A stretch of 64,000 bases of DNA from Parcubacteria group bacterium. Its GTDB lineage: Bacteria > Patescibacteriota > Minisyncoccia > Moranbacterales > UBA2206. The stretch spans positions 86,026-150,025 of the forward strand of contig JBAZYF010000003.1 in the NCBI GenBank assembly GCA_041659505.1, written 5' to 3'. Both the position numbers and the translations under genes were made by a program. Below are positions 36,605-46,056 of the stretch, piece after piece (the stretch's first letter is position 1; each line of letters opens with the position of its first letter). The notes under the pieces are model-generated. The model made no database searches. It worked only from the letters and a program-made list of their open reading frames with translations, and was not told the origin of the DNA.

Positions 36605-38545
36605 TTAAATTATTTCTTTGATCTTGTCCTTATATTTTTGATATGCGAAAGAAATAGCCAAAAGTACAACGCCTAGACTCATCGAAGAAATGATGCGGTA
36701 GAGCGTCCCCATACTCCAAAGATCATAGAAGAATAGCTTGAGGATAGCAAGCGTGAAAAGCAAAAGTCCGCCCACCCGTACGCCCTTGACGCGAGAAAAG
36801 AATCCGAACAAAACCAGAATGATTCCATAGAGAAGCCAGAACAAAGAAAGCGAAACACTGCTCTTATTTTGCAGTTTTTTAATCTTCTCTTGATTTACAT
36901 TGAGCGTTTGGTATGGCTGAAAAGAACCGACATCCATTTTTTTGGGAATGGCATAGTCTTTTTCCAATTGCCGCTGGACCGTCCTAATTTCTTGATCATA
37001 GTAATAGCTGATTTCTCGACTGATCGCATAGATGGTTAAAAAATTGGCCGTAATCAGAAAAGTAGCGACTAATTTTTTCGGCGCCAAGAAACTATTCTTA
37101 TCATCCTCGCCTTCTAGGGAATAAGCGTGAAAAAGATAGGCAGCTAGGTAGGCGGAAATAATCACAACCAAGTATGTCAACATCACTTTATTAAACAGTA
37201 CCATATCATTTGATCCGTGATTAGAATCAATGAAGAGCATCCGGAAAAAAGCCAGTTCGAAAACAACAACACCGAAAGCCTTGATCGCATTTTGAGCCGT
37301 TTTGGTTCCGAGAATGAGCAAGAGAATTGCTTCGATCGTCCAGCCGATCGTAATTACCCTACCATCAAATTGCAGAGGAATCGCCAATGTCACAAAACCA
37401 ACCGTTAGAAAAGCCAGAAAACCATATAGACTATCATCCTCAGGAGTAAGCGCCCGGACAAGATAGGCCCAGAGAAAATAATAGATAGCTAGGATCAATG
37501 CGAAAAATCCCATAAAAATATGATATTTGGGATCGAGGATAGCATAACTGGAAGCAAAGTAGACCGAACCTGCCATGATTGTCAGCAGTTGTTCAATGCC
37601 GGATGATTTTTCTTTCTGAACTAAATTATAAATGAGAGATGAGATGGAATAAGTGATAAAAAACAAGGTCAGAAAAAACATCGTCAAGGGCAATTCATCG
37701 GCCCGATAAAATTCTCCCGCCCAAGCCATAAAAACAAACATCGTCGCAAGAAATCCCAAAACATTCAGCCATCTCCATTTCTTGAAGATAGAAACGGCCA
37801 AGATTGCCAGATCAAGGATCAGGATATAGGAAAAAAGTCCTGCTTCATTATTCTTTCCGGTCGAGATAAGAAAAGGAGTAAAAAAACCGCCCAATGTGGA
37901 AACAATGATAAGTGAAATTGCGTCGTAGCGGATGCTGAGAATTATTCCCACAGTCGTAATTAGCATCATCATCAAAAAAGCCGGAATCTGTCCGATGAGG
38001 GAGTAAAAATCAAAAGCGGCAAAGATAGAAAGGTAAAGCACGGCCAAACCACCACCACTGAGCAATTGCCCATAGACAAAATATTTACGGATGAATTTTT
38101 CCCCAAGTCCAAGTAGGATAATCCCAACAATGATACCAATCATCACCCGACCAACTTCGCCGATCCAATTATTATCAAAAGCATATTTCAGAAAAAAAGA
38201 AGCGCCAAGAACAAGCGCAGCCATTCCGATCCGCGCAAACCAAGTGCCACCGATGTTTTCTTCCATACTGGACTTTTCCATAGCGACTGGCTGTTGAGTC
38301 GGCTGCGCTGATCCGGAAAAATCGATTCCTGGATAATTAGACTCGGGGGACCCTGGAGCAGACACTGGCGGTGGTGGCGGTGGCGCATAGGCAGTAGCTG
38401 TGTTTGCTATTTTCACATCACCTTTCTCTAACCGCAAAATTCGCTCATTCTGCAATTCTACCTTTTGATTTAAATCTGAGAGGGCACCACCAATTGCATT
38501 CAGACTTGCAATTATTTCTTCAGAAGTATTGTTTTCGTTTGACAT
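36605..38545 (-). CDS. DUF2339-like polytopic membrane protein
   Basis: N-terminal coiled coil, then a proline-rich linker (PPPPPVSAPGSP), then many TM helices. Confidence 0.45.
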   Translation of the reverse strand: MSNENNTSEEIIASLNAIGGALSDLNQKVELQNERILRLEKGDVKIANTATAYAPPPPPPVSAPGSPESNYPGIDFSGSAQPTQQPVAMEKSSMEENIGGTWFARIGMAALVLGASFFLKYAFDNNWIGEVGRVMIGIIVGIILLGLGEKFIRKYFVYGQLLSGGGLAVLYLSIFAAFDFYSLIGQIPAFLMMMLITTVGIILSIRYDAISLIIVSTLGGFFTPFLISTGKNNEAGLFSYILILDLAILAVSIFKKWRWLNVLGFLATMFVFMAWAGEFYRADELPLTMFFLTLFFITYSISSLIYNLVQKEKSSGIEQLLTIMAGSVYFASSYAILDPKYHIFMGFFALILAIYYFLWAYLVRALTPEDDSLYGFLAFLTVGFVTLAIPLQFDGRVITIGWTIEAILLLILGTKTAQNAIKAFGVVVFELAFFRMLFIDSNHGSNDMVLFNKVMLTYLVVIISAYLAAYLFHAYSLEGEDDKNSFLAPKKLVATFLITANFLTIYAISREISYYYDQEIRTVQRQLEKDYAIPKKMDVGSFQPYQTLNVNQEKIKKLQNKSSVSLSLFWLLYGIILVLFGFFSRVKGVRVGGLLLFTLAILKLFFYDLWSMGTLYRIISSMSLGVVLLAISFAYQKYKDKIKEII

Positions 38546-38583
38546 TTTTTTTCATTTTATTATTTTTTTAAGAAAGCATGAAT

Positions 38584-38844
38584 TTATAATCCAGTATATT
38601 CTGAACGCTTGATATTCTCTCCGACTTTTTTTACGATATCATCCCTATCAGAAGAGCTAAATTTATTTCTAAGCTCGCTTGAATCCAAATCCCTCCTCAA
38701 CTCGCGCAAAAGCTGGGAAATATGATCGTTAAGTTCTCTTTCAAGCAAACGCAACTCTTCGGAAACTTTTTTCTTTTCTTCATCATCCACAATCTTGTCT
38801 CCCAAAATACCTAAAGCGACTTCTTGCAATTTTGATTCGAGCAT
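38584..38844 (-). CDS. small coiled-coil protein
   Basis: ORF only. Confidence 0.3.
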   Translation of the reverse strand: MLESKLQEVALGILGDKIVDDEEKKKVSEELRLLERELNDHISQLLRELRRDLDSSELRNKFSSSDRDDIVKKVGENIKRSEYTGL

Positions 38845-38869
38845 AAATTTATATTTTAAAAAATTAAAA

Positions 38870-39169
38870 TTAAAGCAAGTTTAGTTTCTTTTTCAGATGT
38901 TTGACTTCATCATCCTTAGATAAGATTTCTCTTGCAACAATTTCGTAGCGCTTTTTTTTACTATCCAATTCTAGTCTGATCCGCTCACCATCTTGCTTCA
39001 ACTTTCGCAGTTCCGCATCCAGTGTTGTTTTTTCATTAGTGAGTTTTCGCGTGTCAGAATCCAAAATTAAAAGCTCCATTTGAATTCGCCTTTTTTGACT
39101 TTCTTTGGCTGCGTCATCCGTACTAGTGTTGCTACCGCCGGAAGAATTTCCCATGTACATATGTTTCAA
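38870..39169 (-). CDS. small coiled-coil protein
   Basis: ORF only. Confidence 0.3.
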   Translation of the reverse strand: MKHMYMGNSSGGSNTSTDDAAKESQKRRIQMELLILDSDTRKLTNEKTTLDAELRKLKQDGERIRLELDSKKKRYEIVAREILSKDDEVKHLKKKLNLL

Positions 39170-39207
39170 TTTTATAATTTTTAATTTTGTAATTTTTAAA
39201 AAAGTAA

Positions 39208-40278
39208 TTAAGTTATCACGCCTCCGCCCAAAACTTCTCCATCCTTGCCATAAAAAACTACCGATTGTCCTGGTGAAATGGCTTTTTGAGGTACATCAAA
39301 TTTTACCTGGCAAGTTTTTTCACCTTTATCACTTTTAACTATAGCACAAACAAGCGGATTATGATAGCGCGTCCGCGCTAAAACAGCCAGGGGAAACTTT
39401 GGTGTGATACCTCTTGTCCAAACAACGTCTAATAATTTAATCGCTTTTCGCGCAATTGCCAAGTGTTTCAAATCATTAGCCACGATCAAATTATTTTTTT
39501 TCATGTCTTTGGCCACAACAAAATATGGTCCTGTTCCACCAATCTCAATTCCCTTTCTCTGCCCGATCGTGTAAAGTGGCAATCCGCGATGCTTACCAAG
39601 CAACTGTCCTTCAGTATCGATGATTTTCCCCTTTTTTAGATTTATGTTTTTCGCCAAAAATCTCTCCAAGTTATTATCCGCCATAAAACAGACATCTTGC
39701 GAATCAATTTTATCAAAAACCGGCAAACCAAATTTTTCCGCCAATTTCCGCACATCAGCTTTTTGATATTCACCAAGGGGAAAAATAATCCGCGCCAATT
39801 CTTTTTGGCCTAAGCGATAAAGGAAATATGACTGATCCTTTTTTCCATCATTTCCCGGTAATAATTCATAACTTATTCTATTACCAGCCTTAACATTTTT
39901 AAGCCGAGCATAATGACCCGTCGCCACAAGATCTATTTCCATTTTCTTAGCCATTTCTAGGAGCAATCTGAATTTCAGCTGAGCATTACAATGGACGCAA
40001 GGATTGGGAGTTTTACCGCATACATACTCAGCAAGAAAATATTCAATTACGGTTTTTTTAAAGTCCGCGCGCGCATCAATAACTGTCAGAGGGATGTTCA
40101 AAGATTCACAGACAATTCTTGCATCAGACAGTGCTTTTTTTATTTTTTCTTCCACGTCCCAAAAAAGCAAAAAAGCCGCACTTACAGCGTATCCCATGTT
40201 CTTTAATAGCGCACAAGAAACTGAGGAATCCACACCACCAGACATTCCGACTAGAACTTTTTTTTGTCGTATAGTCAT
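39208..40278 (-). CDS. mnmA: tRNA-specific 2-thiouridylase MnmA
   Basis: PP-loop SGGVDSS. Conserved cysteines (CVHCN). Confidence 0.9.
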   Translation of the reverse strand: MTIRQKKVLVGMSGGVDSSVSCALLKNMGYAVSAAFLLFWDVEEKIKKALSDARIVCESLNIPLTVIDARADFKKTVIEYFLAEYVCGKTPNPCVHCNAQLKFRLLLEMAKKMEIDLVATGHYARLKNVKAGNRISYELLPGNDGKKDQSYFLYRLGQKELARIIFPLGEYQKADVRKLAEKFGLPVFDKIDSQDVCFMADNNLERFLAKNINLKKGKIIDTEGQLLGKHRGLPLYTIGQRKGIEIGGTGPYFVVAKDMKKNNLIVANDLKHLAIARKAIKLLDVVWTRGITPKFPLAVLARTRYHNPLVCAIVKSDKGEKTCQVKFDVPQKAISPGQSVVFYGKDGEVLGGGVIT

Positions 40279-40443
40279 AATATCTATCGAGGAATTCTTT
40301 TCGCCGGATTGAAAATCGCAGACTGAGGCGCGCTAGCAACAATGTTATCTCCAACAGACAAGGCAAACCAGGCCACAAGGAAACTCAATACAAAAATAAA
40401 AATTAAAGCCAACACAGAAGAAATTTTTTGATTCAGATCAAAT

Positions 40444-42333
40444 CTACCCATTGTTATTTTTACTACTATTAATTATATTTCTAATCCCTTCTTTGTCTAA
40501 GTTAAGCTCTTTTTTGGGCGTCTTAAACTTTCTGGGCTCAATATAGGAAATCTGACCGAGACTAATTTTTCCACTATCACGCAAAAGTCCCGCGGGATGA
40601 GAACTGTTCAACTCTTCCCGAACCGCTGAGTGGCTACTTTTCGCTTCATTTCGCACGGCAGGATTGTTCTGTAGCTGCACCTTCGCTCTCGCTCTCTGAT
40701 AGTCTCGCAAGCATTCTTTGCAAAAAGTTTTTCGGCTTGGGTCAGGCTTGAAAGGTACGATTATTTTCTCTTCGCAAGTTGAACAAATTGCTTCAAATAG
40801 TTCTTTCCGCTGTTCATCCTTCTGGATCAAAACTTCTTCTTTTTTTCGCTCATCATTCTGCCTAATTTTGGGCGGGGCTTGACTTTCCCTTGAGACATTC
40901 TCCTCAGGAACAATTCGTTCTTCAATCACTCTTGGCGAAGTCGCAATCGTATTCTCTGCTCGAGCTGGCCTTTGTTCAATCCTAGCGGGACTAGCTGCGC
41001 GCTGATTATTATTAGAAGAATCAAATTCATCAAACCCAAGTCCTACATCCATTCCGCTCCAACGAGCAATTTTTTCCGCCACTTCCAAGCGCGATTTTCC
41101 ATAACGCTCACGCGAAACTGCAATCACTTTTTGCTCTCCATCAATTGTGTCGGAAATGTCAGCTGGAGGCAATGTCCGCGCCGAAAAAGCATCACCGGCA
41201 ATGCCATCAATCATCAGTTTCAAATAAATATCGTATTTAGACAGATTAACAATATCATTCATCAGAAAGACCGGATCAAATTCTTTTTCCAGCGCCTCCG
41301 CATCTTCGGCGCCCACTCGGAAAGAAACTATGGTACCCACATTACCAAAAATCGCATCACGCACGGTGGCATTGCCATCAAAAATTAATTGATTGATGTA
41401 TTGATGCGCTAAAATCAGAGCCAAGCGGTATTTTCTGGCTTCTGAAAGAATGTTAGAAAAAGATTCCGTGGCAAAATTTTGAAATTCGTCAACATAAAGA
41501 TAGAAATCCTTTCGATCATTTTCAGGAATATCCACCCGACTCATTGCTGCCAGTTGAATTTTGGTGATAATCATACCGCCCAAAAGCCGCATCGCATCTT
41601 CACCGATCCGTCCCTTGGAAAGATTGACTATGAGAATTTTCTGATTATCCATAATTTCACGCATATCGATCGTCGATTTTGGTTGCCCAATGATATGGCG
41701 CACCAAGGTATAGGACAAAAATTGTCCGACTTTGTTTTGAATGGCAGCTACAGCTTCTTTTCTGAATTTATCTTCCCATTTGTCAAACTCATTGATCCAA
41801 AAAGCTTTCACGACTGGATCAGTAATTTTTGTATAGACTCTTTTGCGATAATCCTTATCACTCATCATCCTATTCACTCCCAAGAGCGTCGAACCAGGAT
41901 AATCCAAAAGCGCCAAAATCGCATTATTCAAAATATACTCCATCCGCGAACTCCACACGTCCGGCCAGATTTTCTTAAAAACTCCCATCATGCCTGATGC
42001 GACAAGATTCTTTTTATCCTCATCGACTGCTTCCAAAATATTAAAAGCTACCGGAAATTCAGTGTCCGATGGATTGAAATAGACCACGTCATTAATCCGG
42101 TTAGCGGGAACGGCGCGGAGCATCTTCTCGGCAAATTCACCGTGTGGATCAACAACACAAACACCCTTGCCATTGCGGATATCCTGGATCGCCATATTTT
42201 CCAACAAATTAGATTTTCCCATGCCGGTCTTACCGATGATATACATATGCCGGCGACGGTCGTCTTCTTTTATTCCAAAGACCCGCTCTTGATTGCGAAA
42301 ATTGGTTTTGGCGAAAAAATTAATATTAGACAT
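40444..42333 (-). CDS. TraG/TraD/VirD4-family (T4SS coupling-protein-like) ATPase with a C-terminal zinc ribbon
   Basis: Walker A IIGKTGMGKS. Motifs VVDPHGEF and KYRLALILAHQYINQL typical of coupling-protein ATPases. C-terminal C..C...C..C. Confidence 0.5.
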   Translation of the reverse strand: MSNINFFAKTNFRNQERVFGIKEDDRRRHMYIIGKTGMGKSNLLENMAIQDIRNGKGVCVVDPHGEFAEKMLRAVPANRINDVVYFNPSDTEFPVAFNILEAVDEDKKNLVASGMMGVFKKIWPDVWSSRMEYILNNAILALLDYPGSTLLGVNRMMSDKDYRKRVYTKITDPVVKAFWINEFDKWEDKFRKEAVAAIQNKVGQFLSYTLVRHIIGQPKSTIDMREIMDNQKILIVNLSKGRIGEDAMRLLGGMIITKIQLAAMSRVDIPENDRKDFYLYVDEFQNFATESFSNILSEARKYRLALILAHQYINQLIFDGNATVRDAIFGNVGTIVSFRVGAEDAEALEKEFDPVFLMNDIVNLSKYDIYLKLMIDGIAGDAFSARTLPPADISDTIDGEQKVIAVSRERYGKSRLEVAEKIARWSGMDVGLGFDEFDSSNNNQRAASPARIEQRPARAENTIATSPRVIEERIVPEENVSRESQAPPKIRQNDERKKEEVLIQKDEQRKELFEAICSTCEEKIIVPFKPDPSRKTFCKECLRDYQRARAKVQLQNNPAVRNEAKSSHSAVREELNSSHPAGLLRDSGKISLGQISYIEPRKFKTPKKELNLDKEGIRNIINSSKNNNG

Positions 42334-42346
42334 TTATGTATGTTAA

Positions 42347-43624
42347 TTATTCAACTGGTAAATTAGATGGAGCTGCTCCCAGCTTGGAAGTCGTCTGAGT
42401 TATCGCATGTGATTTGACTGACAAATCTGGAAAATGAAACATTGTTGCTAATTCCTTTGTGGAAAATAACATATTGACTCCGTCCGTATTTCTCCGACGA
42501 TAGCGGTCATAAATTTTTCTTTTACGAAAATTAGAAATCCGCTGAGTAAAAAAACCTGTTCCATAGGTCTTACTAATATCTTCGGGCTTGACTTGATTCA
42601 TATTAAGATCGTTAAACTGCTTTATTGCCCCACTAAACGCACTGACAAAAGATTTATCAAAAACATCTCTTTTTCCTAGAACGATCAGGCGCATCTTAGT
42701 TTTGAAAAAATTCTTACCTAAATTTTCCTCTACTGCTTTCAAGACCTCCCTTTCAATCGGAGAGAGCCTAGTGTCAAGCGGCAACTCATCTTTTTTCTTG
42801 GCCAACTCTTTAAATTCCGGCGGACCAAAAACCCCGGGGAAAATATTAAAAAATACGTCTTTAATATCATGCCACAACCTTCCTTCGGTAACGGCTACTG
42901 GTCGACCTTTTAATGTATTCGCCAATGCCTCACCGCCTTTTATCGACTCCCCTTCCTGCACTGGCACTAACATATATTGCAACCAAATATGTTGCCCCGG
43001 TCCGAGCGCTCCCATCACCTCTACCATCGCCGCCATCGGGTCAATCATTTCGCCAGTAATACTTTCTTCAAACTGATCGTAGGTCTTAATTGGATAGTAA
43101 GGCTCTTTTTTTACAAACTCATAATCCGCCCCCCAAAGATCCCAATTGCGATTAGGAATGACTTTCGGAAACTTATTATAATAATCTTCGACTTCCAAAA
43201 TTTGTGCCTCAGGATATTGCGCATAAATCTGAGCTTCAATCAAATTGCGATATTTCTTCAAGAGCCGAAAATAGAAATGCACACTGCCTTCCTCGCCGAC
43301 CAACTCTACTCCAAACGGATCCTGGCGATATGCACCATTAAGCCAAACATCAAAATTATTATGCGTCGTCATTACGCCAGTCATTCCGGCGTAGATAATT
43401 TCCATCGGCTTGGGACCGCGCTCGATGTCGCGAGGCGGAATCACTTCCAGGATTGTCCATTTATATTTCGAAAACCAAGAATCGCTTGAATAAATAGCGA
43501 CGTAATCCTTCCAAACAATCCCAAAGATATACCAGACTGGTACCGGCAGTATCAACCACCAAGAAGTAGCGAAAACGCTTCCGAAAGTATTTAAAATATC
43601 AAAAGTATTTACAGAACCATCCAT
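42347..43624 (-). CDS. membrane-anchored hypothetical protein adjacent to the coupling-type ATPase
   Basis: N-terminal TM (WWLILPVPVWYIFGIVW). Confidence 0.35.
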   Translation of the reverse strand: MDGSVNTFDILNTFGSVFATSWWLILPVPVWYIFGIVWKDYVAIYSSDSWFSKYKWTILEVIPPRDIERGPKPMEIIYAGMTGVMTTHNNFDVWLNGAYRQDPFGVELVGEEGSVHFYFRLLKKYRNLIEAQIYAQYPEAQILEVEDYYNKFPKVIPNRNWDLWGADYEFVKKEPYYPIKTYDQFEESITGEMIDPMAAMVEVMGALGPGQHIWLQYMLVPVQEGESIKGGEALANTLKGRPVAVTEGRLWHDIKDVFFNIFPGVFGPPEFKELAKKKDELPLDTRLSPIEREVLKAVEENLGKNFFKTKMRLIVLGKRDVFDKSFVSAFSGAIKQFNDLNMNQVKPEDISKTYGTGFFTQRISNFRKRKIYDRYRRRNTDGVNMLFSTKELATMFHFPDLSVKSHAITQTTSKLGAAPSNLPVE

Positions 43625-43686
43625 TGTAATTTTTATTTTAGATAAATATAGCCCATGATTCCTCCCTTTGGAAAAGGGGGAGAAAA

Positions 43687-44748
43687 CTATCTCCTTAATC
43701 TATATCCACTGCCCACTTTTTCAAAATTTTTGCCATTGAGGTTGATCATGATCGTAGTCCGTTTCACCTTGCGTACTTCAAAAACTTTTTGCACAATTTC
43801 TTCTCGATCCAAGGGTTTTTCGCTCTTCGCTAAAATATCTTTAAGCACATCCTTCACTGCTCCACCGAAATAGCCCCACTCGCCCAAAGCATAGATGCCT
43901 CGGCCGATCAGCACAAATCGCTCATCCTTGATTAGTTCATTGTGGATCGTTTGCGGATGCACCTTCTTCGTTCCCAGCTTATATTTCTCGATCAATTTCG
44001 CAATCTGGGTAAAATGCAATGGCGCTTTTTCTTCTTTTAAAACCAGATAGATCTTTTCACGACTGCCTTTCGGACTGACTTCGGGCCAATTGCGCATCCC
44101 CCATTTGCCAAATTTGTTTTTCTTAACTCCAGAAAGGACATTCAAATAACACAAAACGTCTTTCTTGGAAAATTCCGGCAAACGTGTCACCAACTCTTTG
44201 GAAATCTGATCATCACTGAGCAGCTGCTTATTTTTCGACAGCATTTCCTCGGCAGCTTTTGCCACTTTCAAAACTTTTTCCAAAACATTTTCGGCGGTCA
44301 CCCAAGACCGTTCAATTCTGTTCTTGTGGGCAATGGCTTGGATCTTTTGGGAATAACTAACCAAAAAACGCATCGCGTTTTCTTCTTTCTTTGATCCATC
44401 AGGATTCAGCTCGGTCAGAATTTCCTCTTCCCTGATTATACCACATTTTTTTTCAACTGCCAAAAATAATTGGTTTTCCGCTTTTTGAAAATCTGCTTCT
44501 TCGCAAATCTTTCCGATGCTCTTTTTGGCATCAGAAATGATCTGGCGCACCCGCTCCCTAGTTATGCTATAGTCAGAGCCGATCTTTTCTAAGGTTTGGA
44601 CGGAAAAATCGCCCATAAGACCAAAACGTTTTTTCAGAATCTCTTGTGCTCTTTGGGGCAATTGGACTAAGATTTTTTCGGCGACATCAAAAAAGGAGTT
44701 CTTTTCTCCAATTTGCGAATTATTGCGCTTATTTGTGTTTTCCACCAT
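43687..44748 (-). CDS. DNA-binding protein with a sigma-70 region-4-like HTH
   Basis: SITRERVRQIISDAKKSI resembles the sigma70 r4 HTH. Confidence 0.35.
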   Translation of the reverse strand: MVENTNKRNNSQIGEKNSFFDVAEKILVQLPQRAQEILKKRFGLMGDFSVQTLEKIGSDYSITRERVRQIISDAKKSIGKICEEADFQKAENQLFLAVEKKCGIIREEEILTELNPDGSKKEENAMRFLVSYSQKIQAIAHKNRIERSWVTAENVLEKVLKVAKAAEEMLSKNKQLLSDDQISKELVTRLPEFSKKDVLCYLNVLSGVKKNKFGKWGMRNWPEVSPKGSREKIYLVLKEEKAPLHFTQIAKLIEKYKLGTKKVHPQTIHNELIKDERFVLIGRGIYALGEWGYFGGAVKDVLKDILAKSEKPLDREEIVQKVFEVRKVKRTTIMINLNGKNFEKVGSGYRLRR

Positions 44749-44846
44749 CGTTTTTGCCTTAAATTAAGTTATTTTCGACTTCCAGAAATACTAGCACATA
44801 ATCAATTAATTTGTCAAGCCTCCGACCCCTGTGGTACTCTTGAGGA

Positions 44847-45929
44847 ATGAAATATCTCCATGCATTGAATAAAATTGAAGGCGTCGGAACACAAAGACTA
44901 AAATTACTCCTGGCTGAATTTGGCACAGCCCAGAATGCTTGGCAGGCCAGTCTTTCCGATTTGCAAAAAGCGCTGGGCGGAGATATCTTGCCGGAACGGA
45001 TTTTTTTTGAAAAACAAAGAATTGATCCGGACGCGGAATGGGAGCAAGTGGAAAAATCCAACATTCAGGTGATCGATTTTTTGAGTCCAAGCTATCCCAA
45101 ACTGCTCAAAGAAATCCACAGCCCGCCCTATCTCATTTATACTCGGGGAAATTTAGTTTTTGATTCCACGCCCGCCATTGCTATTGTCGGCTCACGAAAA
45201 TTTTCTAATTATGGCGAACAACTGGCTAGCACCTTTGCTCGTGATTTGGCAAAAGCCGGTTTTGTCATCGTAAGCGGTCTCGCGCTGGGTATCGATGCCA
45301 TTTCACATCGCAGCACGCTAGAAGCGAGAGGCAAAACGATTGCGGTTCTTGGCGGAGGGATTGACAATGAAACCATCTATCCGCGCGCTAATTATAATCT
45401 CGCTCAAGAAATCATCTCCAGTGGCGGAATCGTCATGAGCGATTATCTACCAGGCACGCCCGCTACCGCCGCAACTTTTCCCGCCAGAAACAGAATTATT
45501 GCTGGTCTCGCACTTGGCACGCTTGTCGTGGAAGCTGGAGAAAAAAGTGGAACATTGATTACAGCTAAAATGGCACTGGAAAGCAACCGCGAAGTTTTTT
45601 CCATCCCCGGTTCAATTTTCTCCCCCACTTCCATCGGCACCAACAACCTCATTAAATCCGGCGCCAAAATGGTCACTTGCGTGCAAGATATCCTGGAAGA
45701 ATTCGATCTTTCGCAGAGCCTGACAGAAACAAAACAAGCCACACTCAAATTGCCGGAAAACAAAGAAGAAGAAATTCTCCTCACAATCCTATCTGACGTG
45801 CCGCTCCACATCGACAATATTGCCAAGCAATCAAAACTCTCAGTATCAGCAATTTCAGCCACACTAATGATGATGGAAATCAAAGGCTGGGTAAAAAATC
45901 TCGGCGGGCAGAATTATATTCTTTTGTAA
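44847..45929 (+). CDS. dprA: DNA processing protein DprA (Smf)
   Basis: Rossmann-like DprA core (IAIVGSRK...GLALGIDAISH...GGGID). Confidence 0.85.
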   Translation: MKYLHALNKIEGVGTQRLKLLLAEFGTAQNAWQASLSDLQKALGGDILPERIFFEKQRIDPDAEWEQVEKSNIQVIDFLSPSYPKLLKEIHSPPYLIYTRGNLVFDSTPAIAIVGSRKFSNYGEQLASTFARDLAKAGFVIVSGLALGIDAISHRSTLEARGKTIAVLGGGIDNETIYPRANYNLAQEIISSGGIVMSDYLPGTPATAATFPARNRIIAGLALGTLVVEAGEKSGTLITAKMALESNREVFSIPGSIFSPTSIGTNNLIKSGAKMVTCVQDILEEFDLSQSLTETKQATLKLPENKEEEILLTILSDVPLHIDNIAKQSKLSVSAISATLMMMEIKGWVKNLGGQNYILL

Positions 45930-46056
45930 CAAAACTTGGAGAAAATCCAATTCTGGTTTATGATAAATAGCGAACGCTTAATTCATTGTACAAATATTTT
46001 CTAATAACAATTCGTATGTCCGGCATTCGTGACGCCGGTTCGCGAAGCGAATAACT

